Positions 1 through 11,948 of a stretch of 64,000 nucleotides of DNA are shown piece by piece. A program made the position numbers and the translations under genes. The stretch comes from Mobula birostris. Lineage: Eukaryota. Location: positions 25,882,774-25,946,773 of the forward strand of contig NC_092385.1 of NCBI RefSeq assembly GCF_030028105.1, written 5' to 3'. Position 1 is the first letter of the stretch; each line of letters begins with the position of its first letter. Under the pieces are notes generated by a model. It saw only the letters and a program-made list of their open reading frames with translations. It had not been told where the DNA came from and did no database searches.

Positions 1-1037
1 GAGGGGGAGATCAAAAATGATAGGAGAAGACAAGAGGGGGAGGGATGGAGCCAAGAGCTGGACAGGTGATTGGCAAAAAGGATACGAGAGGATCATGGGA
101 CAGGAGGTCTGGGAAGAAAGACGGGGGGGGGGGGGGGGGGGGGACCCAGAGGATGGGCAAGGGGTATATTCAGAGGGACAGAGGGAGAAAAAGGAGAGTG
201 AGAGAAAGAATGTGTGTATAAAAATAAGTTACAGATGGGGTACGAGGGGGAAGGGGGGCATTAGTGGAAGTTAGAGAAGTCGATGTTCATGCCATCAGGT
301 TGGAGGCTACCCAGACGGAATAGAAGGTGTTGTTCCTCCAACCTGAGTGTGGCTTCATCTTTACAGTAGAGGAGGCCGTGGATAGGCATGTCAGAATGGG
401 AATGGGATGTGGAATTAAAATGTGTGGCCACTGGGAGATCCTGCTTTCTCTGGCGGACAGAGCGTAGATGCTCAGCAAAGCGATCTCCCAGTCTGCGTTG
501 GCTCTCGCCGATATATAAAAGGCCACATCGGGAGCACCGGACGCAGTATATCACCCCAGTCGACTCACAGGTGAAGTGTTGCCTCACCTGGAAGGACTGT
601 TTGGGGCCCTGAATGGTGGTAAGGGAGGAAGTGTAAGGGCATGTGTAGCACTTGTTCCGCTTACAAGGATAAGTGCCAGGAGGGAGATCAGTGGGGAGGG
701 ATGGGGGAGACGAATGGACAAGGGAGTTGCGTAGGGAGCGATCCCTGCGGAAAGCGGGGAGGGGAGGGAAAGATGTGCTTAGTGGTGGGATCCCGTTGGA
801 GGTGGCGGAAGTTATGGAGAATAATATGTTAGACCCGGAGGCTGGTGGGATGGTAGGTGAGGACCAGGGGAACCCTATTCCTAGTGGGGTGGCGGGAGGA
901 TGGAGTGAGAGCAAATGTGCGTGAAATGGGGGAGATGCGTTTAAGAGCAGAGTTGATAGTGGAGGAAGGGAAGCCCCTTTCTTTAAAAAAGGAAGACATC
1001 TCCCTCGTCCTAGAATGAAAAGCCTCATCCCATGAAC
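1..1037 (-). mobile_element. Penelope-like retroelement 3' part (RT C-terminal linker + GIY-YIG endonuclease + pyrimidine-rich 3' UTR), in PDHB intron 2; continues off the left edge
   Basis: Translation contains GTYPCKRNKCYTCPY...FTCESTGVIYCVRCSRCGLLYIGESQRRLGDRFAEH (Penelope-type GIY-YIG with CCHH); near-identical inverted copy at 1486-2430. Confidence 0.9.
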
Positions 1038-1067
1038 AGAACCCAGCCGAAGGTGACCCCACTGTAC

Positions 1068-1127
1068 CTGAGCGGCCGCGGGCGCCGTCCGATGAAACTC
1101 CCTCCGTGTCCGCAGACCAAGGTTGCT
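1068..1127 (-). CDS. PDHB: Pyruvate dehydrogenase E1 beta, coding exon 2 (SNLGLRTRREFHRTAPAAAQ)
   Basis: ttcacacag|...|gtacag boundaries, 60 nt, phase 0; resembles vertebrate PDHB transit-peptide end (RRFHWTAPAALQ); expected synteny next to KCTD6. Confidence 0.85.
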
Positions 1128-1210
1128 CTGTGTGAACAATGACAACTCTGCGTTACTGCACAAGCCACAACCACTTTTCGTTCGCAACGTCAAAAGAATT
1201 TCGATCGCAC

Positions 1211-1246
1211 CTTCCCACCGCGTAACAGAAACCTCAACGCCGCCAT
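1211..1246 (-). CDS. PDHB: Pyruvate dehydrogenase E1 beta, coding exon 1 (MAALRFLLRGGK, mitochondrial presequence start)
   Basis: aaATGGCGGCG start, AAG|gtgcga donor, 83-nt intron to exon 2, CpG-rich context. Confidence 0.82.
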
Positions 1247-1485
1247 TTCTCGATGCGCCCTCAGAAGGCTGTCTGATGCCGAAACCCAGCCAATCAGCTG
1301 GTACGACACTATCTATGACTCATCATGCTTCTGTTTCGACTAATGCGAGCTGCGCGTACACTGTAGTTACATACTCAGCTTTCATTGGTGGGTGAGGCAA
1401 GCTCTCCCCGCCCATCGCTTGCGACGTCACCCACCAAAGGAGGAGGTGCAAAGTTTGTTTAAAGACGCTTATCCCAAGAGTTTCC
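1247..1485 (-). promoter_or_regulatory. PDHB: PDHB 5' UTR/proximal promoter (CpG-rich; CCAAT boxes ~1290 and ~1384, GC box ~1406, CRE-like GACGTCA ~1423, TGACTCA ~1316)
   Basis: Unique CpG-rich DNA directly upstream of the ATG with housekeeping promoter motifs. Confidence 0.6.
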
Positions 1486-2430
1486 TTTCCCTCCCCCACT
1501 CTCTCTGCATTCCGCAGGGATCGCTCCCTACACAACTCCCTTGTCCATTCGTCCCCCCCCATCCCTCCCCACTGATCTCCCTCCTGGCACCTATCTGTGT
1601 AAGCGGAACAAGTGCTACACATACCCTTACACTTCCTCCCTTACCACCATTCAGGGCCCCAAACAGTCCTTCCAGGTGAGGCAACACTTCACCTGTGAGT
1701 CGACTGGGGTGATATACTGCGTCCGGTGCTCCCGACATGGCCTTTTATATATTGGCGAGACCCGACGCAGACTGGGAGACCGCTTTGCTGAACATCTACG
1801 CTCTGTTCGCCAGAGAAAGCAGGATCTCCCAGTGGCCACACATTTTAATTCCACATCCCATTCCCATTCTGACATGTCTATCCACGGCCTCCTCTACTGT
1901 AAAGATGAAGCCACACTCAGGTTGGAGGAACAACACCTTATATTCCGTCTGGGTAGCCTCCAACCTGATGGCATGAACATCGACTTCTCTAACTTCCGCT
2001 AGGCCCCACCTCCCCCTCGTATCCCATCTGTTACTCATTTTTATGCACACATTCTTTCTCTCACTCTCCTTTTTCTCCCTCTGTCCCTCTGAATATACCT
2101 CTTGCCCATCCTCTGGGTCCCCCCCCCTTGTCTTTCTTCCCGGACCTCCTGTCCCATGATCCTCTCGTATCCCCTTTTGCCTATCACCTGTCCAGCTCTT
2201 GGCTCCATCCCTCCCCCTCCTGTCTTCTCCTATCATTTTGGATCTCCCCCTCCCCCTCCAACTTTCAAATCCCTTACTCACTTTTCCTTCAGTTAGTCCT
2301 GACGAAGGGTCTCGGCCTGAAACGTTGACTGTACTTCTTCCTACAGATGCTGCTTGGCCTGCTGCGTTCACCAGCAACTTTGATGTGTGTTGCTTGAATT
2401 TCCAGCATCTGCAGAATTCCTGTTGTTTGC
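1486..2430 (+). mobile_element. Penelope-like retroelement 3' fragment (GIY-YIG ORF 1541-2002, 3' UTR, hammerhead motif, tail)
   Basis: GIY-YIG motif GVIYCVRCSRHGLLYIGET; stop at 2002; CT-rich UTR; hammerhead motif at 2295-2330. Confidence 0.9.
2295..2330 (+). ncRNA. Minimal type I hammerhead ribozyme motif (GUU cleavage triplet)
   Basis: AGTC-CTGACGA-agg(gtctcgg)cct-GAAA-CG-TT-GACT: stem I AGTC/GACT, core, stem II, palindromic stem III AACGTT. Confidence 0.75.
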
Positions 2431-2431
2431 G

Positions 2432-3455
2432 TATCCCAAGAGTTTGTTGGTTCATCAATATGTTGATCAATAAGGAAAATTATTATGATATGTTAACTAT
2501 TTTTACAGATGGATCAGAAGATAATTTAACTGGGAATGTTGGTATGGCACTTTTTGAGGCTGAATTACGGGTAACAATAAAGAAACGTCTTTCTAATCAT
2601 TTTTCAATGTATTCTGCAGAATTGGTTCTCATCATTTTGGGATTACAGTGCGTGGAGGAAATTTGTCCTTGCAAAGTTGTTAGTTGTTCTGATTCATTTT
2701 TGGTTTTGATGAGCCTTAAAACAGACCCTTCCAGCAGTAGGTCGGATTTACTATGGGCATCCTTCAAACTTTATATCATATTCAAAGTATTGATTTACAT
2801 GTGGTCTTCTTATGAATCCCTGCACATAGAGGTGTTGAGGGGAATGAGGGGGTTGATTGTATAGCCGAAAAATCTTTAAAATTCAACTGTGGATCGAGTC
2901 CTTCCACTTAGCAAATCAGAAGCTAAGGGGTTGGTAGGGTTAAGAATTAAGGGATTACGGCAATACTTGTGGGATAACGGGCATTAGGGGAGACAGTTTA
3001 AAGAATAGAGTTTATGGGAGAAGGGAGTCAAACAAGAAGGGAAGGATTATATTGACTCGATTTAGAATTGGGCATAGTATGCTTAATTTTTCCTTATATC
3101 TTGTTAGAAAACCGTCATTCTGGGTTGTATAGGTTTTGTCATCATTATGAAACAGTTGAACATATACTATTACAGTGTGAAAGAAATCAAATTCAGGCTT
3201 CGTTACAATCTTTCGGGTTGATAGTTTTCACTTAAAAACTTTAAGTTGCAGGAGTGACTTTAATTCACAGTATTGTCTTTCACAACTTACAATTTATAGG
3301 GCTTTTTTGGGGTAATTTGGTTTTCATTTGATTAGGAACTAGTAAGGGTATTTTTATTTCCCAACTCTCTACACCACACTCCAGTCCAGTTGGAGGCCGT
3401 AATACACCTTTAAGTTCGACTGCCAACTGCCATTAAAATTCAGAAAACGAAGAAG
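2432..3455 (+). mobile_element. Nimb/I-clade LINE 3' fragment with RNase H domain and zinc-knuckle remnant
   Basis: IFTDGS...SAEL RNase H motif, C..ETVEHILLQC motif, 3' UTR ccacactccagtccagttgg... ending in a GAA-rich tail. Confidence 0.7.
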
Positions 3456-3526
3456 GTCCGTTAGCTTAACATGTGTCACAAGGGAAACATTAGAAGTTAT
3501 TCTCACAGATCTGATGGGAACGGTAG

Positions 3527-3531
<5 letters not shown>

Positions 3532-3562
<31 letters not shown>
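3532..3562. repeat. (CA)n microsatellite
   Basis: Directly visible. Confidence 0.95.
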
Positions 3563-3564
<2 letters not shown>

Positions 3565-3660
3565 GCTGCAGTCATTCAGCAGGTCACACAGCTTCTATGG
3601 AATAGAACAAACAGTTGACATTTCAGGTCGAGGACCTTCTACAGGACTGGAACGGAACGG
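3560..3660 (-). mobile_element. Old Penelope-like tail with decayed hammerhead (3613-3648)
   Basis: Reverse complement agtc-CTGTAGA-aggtcctcgacct-GAAA-tgTC-aact followed by the ...gctgtgtgacctgctga tail. Confidence 0.6.
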
Positions 3661-3987
3661 GCCACAAGTGAGGGATCTCTAGCAGTTATGTAAAAGTAGT
3701 TCACAGACCACAGTAAATTGACCCTACTTGAATGGCTGAATGGGGGAATCTGGGCAGAATAAGGCAGGGGTGTAAGGTGAGAGGTAAAAGATTTAAAGGG
3801 AATCTGGGGACAAGTGTGGTGGAATTTGGGGAGAATAAAGTAGGATGTGTAGAAGATTAAGGTGGATCTGAGGGGTAATTTTTTTCACGGGGGTTATGGG
3901 TTTGTGAAATGAGCTGTCAGATAATAGTATACAATGGATATCGTAAAAAAACGTTTGGACAGGTACATAGATAGAAAAAGTTTAGAG

Positions 3988-6884
3988 CAGTGGTTGACAA
4001 ATGTCTTTGGGTTACTGCCCCCTTGACTACCAGAACACATCTCTTTTTCCGGCCTTTACATAAAAACTATAATGATTTTGATTTACGAAGCACAGTGAAA
4101 GAAAATAGGAACTACAAATTCAAGGCAGTGGCAAGTAATTGCGAAAAAAAAATTCAAATCTATTTAAAGCTATGGATAAAAATGTTTCTTTAATTACACT
4201 AAGAACAATTTTCATCAACAATTTTAGAGTGTGCATTAGTAATCCACCCGTTCAATACTTTATTGCTTTCTCGCCTTTCAATGAGATGGATGTGCTTGGT
4301 GCAGTGAGATCAGCTTCTCAACGTCATGATGAACGTCACTCAGAAGGAGTCTCCGATCCCCACATCAGTCTGTTTCGATGCTTTGAGAGAAACTGAGGAC
4401 AGCACTGAAACTGCACTCCACTAAATATGATTTTGGAAAGGCAGTAAGAACATCTTGACCTAATTTCACAGTGTGGGATAGCATCAGAGATTTCTTTCAG
4501 TAACCAAGTCTTGACACAAATTTTTGAACCTTGTCTTCAGCTCAAAGTCATTTTGTAGCAAGATCAGTTTTTCCTCCAGCCTTCCTGTTAATTCTTCATT
4601 ACAAGCATTCAGGAATTGAGTTAATCCCCAATCTGGAATTTGAATCGAGAGAAGATCCGGAAATCTCTCTGACACGATATACTTGAAGGTCAATATCTGG
4701 TATTCTTTCTTTCTCTTCCAACTCAGAGAGGCTCAGAAACTGGAAAAGTTAGAGACGGCCAGTGTTGCACTAAGTAGGGTTAACTTGGACAGAAATGTGG
4801 AGAGAACTGATTTGACTTTGATATGATTCATATAATTTCCTTGCAATTGAAGATTGATTTTCATAAGACTATAAGATATAGGAGCAGAATTAGGCCATTT
4901 GGCCCATCAAGACTGTTCTGCCATTTGATCATTGCTGATCCATTTCCCTCTCTGCCCCAGTCTCCAGCCTTCTCCCCAGGGCCCTTCATGGCCTGACTAA
5001 TCAAGAACCTATCAACCACTGCCTTAAATATACTCAATAACTTGGCCTCCACATCCACCTATGGTGACAAATTCCACAGACTCACCATTCTCTGGCTAAA
5101 GAAATTCCTTCTTAAAGAGTGGTAAATCTGTGGATTTCATTAAACTTTGTGAATAATTCTGACAAATAAGTAAGTCATGAATAATATTCTTGAGTTGCTT
5201 ACTGAATGAAGTATTCGAGTTTTCAAATAATTTTATCACAATTTCAGGAAGTGCACGTTTCAGGCAGTTTCTTTTTGAGAGCTACCTGACATATAGGTCC
5301 AATAGCAATCATTCAAACTGTTCATCATTCTCAATACAAAGCTCTCTAAATCGTAGAGAACTGAGAGCATTGACTTGATTTTATTTACACTGCAATAACA
5401 GTATTTAATGATTTGTGTGGCCTTCCACCTAAGTTTTTTTTTTGCAACAAGATGTTGTCTGTGAATTACACAGTGAGTGGTAAATATGTTAGGTATAGCT
5501 TTTTTCAACAAAATGGTAACTCCACAGTGATGTCCTGTCATTGATGGTATCCCATCTGGTGACCAAGCATGAATGTCCTTCTCTTTGATAAATTGCTCAA
5601 TTGGTTCTGCCTTTGTATTTGTTTCTAGACCCCTTGCAAATAACAGCTCTTGAACCATGCTTTCATCTTCCGTGAAACAAACGTAAACAAGAAGCAAAGT
5701 TTCATTGTCTGGCAAAGTTGACTTATCCAACCGCAGAGCAAATTCTGTTGTCCTAAGTATGTTGCACAATGTGTCTTCCACATTCTTAGATAATTCATCT
5801 ATTCATCTTTGAACAGAGTTGTCATTGAGCAGAATCACTTTAATTATTTGGTCTGGAGACTTACGCAAAACTGTACTCTAAGCCTCCCTTAGTGCTGGCA
5901 AAATAAGATCTTTTCCAGTTGTGTGGGGCTTTCCAGATTTAGCAATGAGCCATGAAATGTTGTATGAAGCATGCAAACCATCACTTTTGTTGTGAAGTGC
6001 TGCATGTATTTTGAAGTGTTTTCTTCTTAGAAAATTCTCACAAAGTGACTGAAAATAAGCCAAGCTCTTGTTTACTTTATCAGAGTGTACTCTCTTCAAA
6101 TGTTCAAGGTGCCTGGATGGTCTCATTGCCACAATTGAAAGAAAAACTTTTTCAAACAACAGACATATTGGCTGCTTGGTGCAAGTATAAAGCCATATTT
6201 CAGATACTCCACACTATACCATTTACACTTTTTTTGTTTTTCTGCTTCTGCTAATTTTGTTATGGATTAACGACCATGGTCGATCACCTATTGTTTAAGT
6301 CCAAACTCAAGCCCTGCAATCAATAAAAAGGAAAGCGAGGGCATCATCGTAGCTCAGGCAAAACCTGACTCTCTGACTGAAGGTACATAAAGTGGGTCAG
6401 TGATGAGCTAAAGGAGTATGGCCAACACCCATTCAAAAGGCAGATTCTGAACTTTACTTCATGGAAGGCCATAACCTAATTCACAGGAAATGTACCACTG
6501 CGTAACTAGAGTATGGGAATCGTAGGAGCTAACATTGTACCACAGTAGTAAATGGCGATAATGTGCAGACCAAGCCCGGAAATAACACCATTTCTTCAGT
6601 CCAGATTTCAGAAGTGTCACACAGCTTTTCAACAACTATAATGCACTTTGAGTAAAAGCTAAGAAAACAGGGGGTTAGCAAGAGATGAGGCGATTATGTG
6701 ATCATTATCAATTTTGAGGCACTGAGGATCAAGTGCTTGTAAAGAAGTAATTGACTTCTAAAATTAAGCCTATATTTCCTCAGCTGCCCCCTTTCTACTA
6801 AGCACCCCCACCACCCTCTTTTTGTCCCCTTAGAAACTCTCACCACCCCCAGGGAGACAATATCACCCACTTAGGGATGCACTG
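3988..6884 (-). mobile_element. Decayed hAT (Charlie/Buster group) DNA transposon, full extent, inserted in a CR1 3' end
   Basis: 8-bp TSD GTTTAGAG at 3980-3987 and 6885-6892; CAGTG termini; transposase fragments at 5878-6159, 5260-5781 (FALRLDKST, HCVIHRQHL) and 4484-4693. Confidence 0.85.
4862..5110 (-). mobile_element. CR1 LINE 3' fragment nested in the hAT element
   Basis: Same 3' end and tail (cataagactataagatatagg) as the CR1 at 14511. Confidence 0.75.
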
Positions 6885-6939
6885 GTTTAGAGAGTTATGG
6901 CCAATCACAAGCAAATTGGATTAGCTTAGTCACAGGGAC

Positions 6940-8125
6940 AATTGAATTGAATTTATTTCTTATATCCTTCACATACATAAGGAGTAAAAATCTTTACGTT
7001 ATGTCTCCATCTAAATATGCAATGTGCAATCATAGTAATTTCTAATAATTTATAATAAATAGAACAGTCAATGTAAATAATATAGAGTACACTCAAATCA
7101 GCGTGAGTTCATCAGTCTGATAGCCTGGTGGAAGAAGCTGTCCTGGAGCCTGTTGGTCCCAGCTTTTATGCTGCGGTACCGCTTCCCAGATGGTAGCAGC
7201 TGGAATAGATTGTGGTTGGGATGGCTTGGGTTCCCAATGATCCTTTGGGCCCTTTTTACACACCTGTCCTTGTAAATGTCCTGAATCATGCGAAGTTCAC
7301 AACTACAGATTCGCTGGACTGTCCGCACCACCCTCTGCAGAATCCTGCGATTAAGGGAGGTACAGTTCCCATACCAGGCAGTGATGCAGCCAGTCAGGAT
7401 GCTCTCAATTGTGCCCCTCTAGAAAGTTCTTAGGATCTGGGGGCCCATACTAAACTTTCTCAACCATCTGAGGTGAAAGAGGCGCTGTTGTGCCTTTTTC
7501 ACCACACAGCTGGTGTGTACAGACCACGTGAGGTCCTCGGTGATGTGGATGCCGAGGAACTTAAAGCTGTTCACCCTCTCAACCCCAGATCCATTGATGC
7601 CAATAGGGGTTAGCCCGTCTCCATTCCTCCTGTAATCCACAACCAGCTCCTTCGTTTTTGAGGGAGAGGTTGTTTCCTTGACACCTCTGTGTCAGAGAGA
7701 TGACTTCTTCCTTGCAGGCCACCTCATTATTGTTTGAGATTAGGCCAATCAATGTAGTGTCGTCGGCAAATTTAATTAGCAGATTGGAGCTGCGGGTGGC
7801 AACACAGTCATGGGTATACAGGGAGTAAAGGGGTATATATAAAGGAGTGTATAACTGTATAACTTTGTGAATCAGTGAAAATGGGGGGTACAAGTTTAGT
7901 GCATATGTCAAATGTCCTGACGAAGGGTTCCGGCCCAAAATGTCGACCGATCTTTTCCACAGATGCTGCCTGACCTGCTGAGTTCCTCCAGCATATTGTG
8001 AGTGTTCCTCTGTAAGTTGTGCCTGTTTTCTTGTATAGTCCCAGGTTGCCTGACTTGAATGCCACAGATCTAGCCCTCAGCAGACTATGAACCTCCTGGT
8101 TCATCCATGGCTATTGGTTCGGGTA
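6940..8125 (-). mobile_element. Rex1/Babar-type LINE fragment, interrupted at ~7835-8010
   Basis: YSLYTHDC...KFADDTTLIG RT motif, KKAQQRLFHL, LLPSGKRYRS C-terminal motif. Confidence 0.8.
7914..8010 (+). mobile_element. Short Penelope-derived insert beginning at a mutated hammerhead
   Basis: gtc-CTGACGA-agggttccggccc-AAAA-tgTC-gac followed by the gatgctgcctgacctgctgag tail. Confidence 0.65.
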
Positions 8126-8899
8126 CGTTTAAGTATATTTTCGTAATGATATGCTAAGGGCTGAAAGGTTGCTATGGATGGTTTCGAGTATAGAACTGAG
8201 GTTTCAGTCAGATCAGCCATGATCTTATTAAATGGCTGAGGAGGCCAGAGGAGAACAGTTGTCTATATCTGCTCCAAATTTGAATTCCTGTGTGTGTGCT
8301 GAATTCCGATTACTCTCTCTAAACACTGCTCCCTATCTCCCATCTCCACCTCCTTCTCACTTGCCATGGGTTCTCTTGTGCAGTGACGTCTTGAAACTAA
8401 CCTGTTTAACCTGATAAGAGATCCTCCTTTGTCTTGGGTATGATTCCACTCATCAGAGAATTTCCCCTACCGATTCATCATTTTACCAAGGCTCCTTAAT
8501 ACCCTTCTTGATCAGATGCTGTCTTGGTGTCAAGGGCAGTCACTCTCACCATCTCTGATTTCAGCTTTTAAATACATTTGTACCAGACGAGATGCTGCTT
8601 GACTTGCTGAGTTCCTCAAGCATTTTGTGTGTGTTGTTCAATACAGTTTTTCTACTATCTGTAGAATCTCTTGTGTTTAAACTTATATTTGTCTATTTTG
8701 TTGGTTGCTGAAATTTCATGCGAGACGTACACAGCAGACCAGCAGGGTCTGCGCAGAGAGAAACATGGTTAAGGTTTCTCGTCAATGACTTTTCATTAAA
8801 TCATACTCTGCGGAACACTTCCCACCCGAGGATAATTTATTTTTGCCTTTATGAATGATGGTGGTACTCTGTTCAAATGGTCACAGCTGTTGTTAATGA

Positions 8900-9290
8900 T
8901 TGGGCCGGTGCTGCCTAGAGCGCATGCTCCACTGCCTGCCGTTCCAGGCAGACTCAAAACGCGACGACGGTATCGCGGAGCGGCTGTCGGTACCGCTTCT
9001 GCCGAGGGACGGACCAGCTTCTCCGGGGGCTGCGATTGAAAGTTTCGCGTCCAGATGGATAATGGAGACTGGGGCCAGATGGTGAGTAGGGTTGTGGAGG
9101 GATTGGAGCTACGCCCCGGGCCGCAGTGAGCCCGCAGGCGGCGCTGGGGCTTCAGGCGGAGCTGCTGCGTGGCGGCCGGCTGGCCGGACGTGGGGGACAC
9201 AGTGCGATTTGCCCCTGGCACTGATCGCTGACCCGTGTGGTTGCGGGCGCTGATAACTGCTGAGCGGGCAGTCATGCCGCGGATACCACA
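8900..9290 (+). promoter_or_regulatory. KCTD6: CpG island at the KCTD6 5' end
   Basis: GC/CpG-rich segment around the first coding exon. Confidence 0.65.
9055..9081 (+). CDS. KCTD6: KCTD6 first coding exon (MDNGDWGQM)
   Basis: ATG...ATG|gtgagt donor; matches the known KCTD6 N-terminus MDNGDWGYM. Confidence 0.9.
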
Positions 9291-10259
9291 GTCTTTTTGC
9301 TAACGTTAAGATATTTGGAGAGAGTCGAGATTGTAAACCATTTGTTGCTTTTATTTGTCTCAGCTACATGTAATTAGCAACCCGTCTATGTAACGCTGCG
9401 AAGTTTCTGTTTTGGTTAATGCAAGATTAATTTTGTTCTACATCTTGTTTATCTCGGCAACACACAAGTATCAATTCTACCATGAAACGTAAGGAGGGAA
9501 GCTTCTATTTTTGTTCGCCGTAAAATGAATTTTGTTTGACTTTGTATGCTAGTATTAATGTAGCTTTTGGGTCTATTTGGCATTTTTCCCGTCCCTTTAA
9601 GGCACTTTGATCAAATCAATGAAAGAAATGGGCCACATGATTTAGTTACCAGAATATGTTTTCTTTTCGTACTCTTTATTGCATTTTTTTAATTCAATCT
9701 ATGCTGGTTAAGCAAAAATACAGCACATTGCATTGTAGGCGTTAATGTGCACTAAGTCTGATGTCAGATGAGCCTGTCAATGTGAAATACTGCTAAAGTG
9801 GTATTTAATCACGTCAAGGGGGAAAAACAAACTTTTCCCCCAAATTCTCTAGTACTGTTAGAGCTGGAGTAAATGTTTCAATGTTATGCGCTCTATGGTT
9901 AGGTCTTTAATACTAGTTGTTTTTGTGTGAAGGGAGTTGTATAATAGCACAATGAATTGTGAATGAAATATTTGCACGTTAAGTGAAATATATTTTGCAT
10001 AATTCGGTAAAAATATGGAATCACTAACTGGGTAATTATTTTTACAGTGGATCATTATGGCCTGTAATGTACTACCATGGCTTTTGTAGTGTTCAAAAGG
10101 GAACTGGATATGTACCTGTAGGGAAAGAAGCTCTATGGAGAACTGAAACCAGCTGTATTGCTATTATATGTATTCATTTGTCTGAGATTTTCCCTTCCAA
10201 GTTCAAACAATTCTCTGACTCTATCATGTTCTAGTTTTGTTTTTTTTTTCTTTTTTCAG

Positions 10260-10946
10260 ATGGGTGACCCAGTCACTCTTAATGTTGGAGGACATCTGTA
10301 TTCAACATCAATTTCTACTCTCACGAGGTACCCAGACTCCATGTTGGGTGTAATGTTCAGGGGAGATTTCCCCACTGCCAAAGACTCCCAAGGAAATTAT
10401 TTCATTGATAGAGATGGACCTCTCTTCAGATACATCTTGAACTTTCTAAGGACAGCAGATCTGACACTACCTCATGGCTTTAAAGAAATTGATCTCCTTA
10501 GAAAAGAGGCTGATTTTTATCAGATAGAACCTTTAATTCATTGTCTAAATGACCCTAAGCCCCTTTATTCATTAGATACCTTTGAGGAGGTGGTGGAACT
10601 GTCTAGCACACGCAAACTTTCCAAATATTCCAATCCAGTAGCTGTTATAATAACACAATTGACAATCACAACGAAAGTGCATGCTCTCCTTGAGGGTATC
10701 TCAAACTATTTCACAAAATGGAACAAACACATGATGGATACCAGAGATTTTCAGGTGTCCTTCACATTTGGACCCTGTGATTATCACCAGGAGGTGTCTC
10801 TTCGTGTTCATCTGATGGAATACATTGCAAAGCAGGGCTTTACTATTAGAATGACGAGGGTACATCATATGAGTGAGAGAGCAAATGAGAACACTGTAGA
10901 ACACAACTGGACTTTCTGCAGACTAGCCCGGAAAACTGATGAATGA
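10260..10946 (+). CDS. KCTD6: BTB/POZ domain-containing protein KCTD6, main coding exon (joined protein 237 aa)
   Basis: Polypyrimidine tract + ttcag|ATG; DPVTLNVGG...YFIDRDGPLFRYILNFLR T1-BTB domain and KCTD6 C-terminus HNWTFCRLARKTDE. Confidence 0.96.
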   Translation: MGDPVTLNVGGHLYSTSISTLTRYPDSMLGVMFRGDFPTAKDSQGNYFIDRDGPLFRYILNFLRTADLTLPHGFKEIDLLRKEADFYQIEPLIHCLNDPKPLYSLDTFEEVVELSSTRKLSKYSNPVAVIITQLTITTKVHALLEGISNYFTKWNKHMMDTRDFQVSFTFGPCDYHQEVSLRVHLMEYIAKQGFTIRMTRVHHMSERANENTVEHNWTFCRLARKTDE

Positions 10947-11870
10947 GCATCTTCACAGTACCAAATGCTAGCTACCCCATGACAGCATTGGATGGCTGTA
11001 TACATAAACATTTATTTGAATATCCAGGTAACCATGTTCTGCAGCTCAGTAATATTTTGTACATATCCATATTCCTGTGCATACTGTAATCAAATTCTGT
11101 TCAAATGGAGTGTAAGATGCATATTCCTTTAGTATTGAAATTTTGATTAACATTTTAAACCACTTGTTGGTTTTGTTTTCTAATACTGATGTACTTTTCT
11201 GTTGGTTCTCCTTATGAAATAAATAGTTTAATAAAGTATGGTTCTTTGCTGTTCTATAAATAATATCTGCAAGTCCAAAATATTTTGAGGTAGTCTGTGA
11301 AAGTATGGGTGCAGATGAATATGATGATAACGTTCTTGTGGCTCTTTCAGTGCATGTGAACCCATTTCAGTGGTTTAGATTTTGAATGAGTCATTGCACT
11401 GATGCTTCATTGTTTATAATGTTCTTTGCAAAATTCTTCAATTTACAGATGTGCATTCATCTCTACAGGTATTTGCAAATTAGTTTTAAGCAAAAAGTTG
11501 AGCCTTTAAATGTTCCAGCAGGTTCGTGTATCATATAGTAATTTCAATGGGAAGAGCTAGGATTTTGGATGAACATAGTAGTTCTAATCAGTATTGCTTA
11601 TACACTACATGAATCTTGAACCTTTGCATGAATCACTTGATAATTTGTAGTTAAATTTCAATATAAACATGTCTTTAGGCCACAGGAAATATGTCATCTT
11701 TGTTTTACATCCATATTCAGTGCCATTTTAAATATTATCTACTTCTAAACGTCCATGATAGTTGTGTACATGAAGTAGTGTTACTAATAATATACATAAT
11801 CAGATCCATCCCAGACTACAAACCAATTTCATTATTTAGAACTGAATGAAATCCCATTCATAGCATAATC

Positions 11871-11948
11871 CAGGGGTTCCCAACCTGGGGTCTGTGGACT
11901 CCCTCAGTTGATGGTAGGGCTCCACAGCATAGAGGTTGGGAACCTTTG
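11871..11948. mobile_element. 78-bp hAT MITE in the probable KCTD6 3' UTR
   Basis: TIRs caggggttcccaacct/aggttgggaacctttg; perfect 8-bp TSD GCATAATC. Confidence 0.85.

Noticed and set aside
261-1193. 310-aa ORF fusing a PDHB transit-peptide segment to a GIY-YIG nuclease
   Set aside because: It runs through PDHB intron sequence and an out-of-frame part of the Penelope ORF. It would need PDHB intron 2 retention, so a mitochondrially targeted nuclease is unsupported without transcript data.
8796-9275. 159-aa antisense ORF over the KCTD6 promoter
   Set aside because: Expected from stop-poor GC-rich DNA; no recognisable domain.
10158-10259. N-terminal extension of the KCTD6 ORF (MLLYVF...FFFFFQ)
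   Set aside because: It is intron and polypyrimidine tract; the true start is the exon at 9055-9081.
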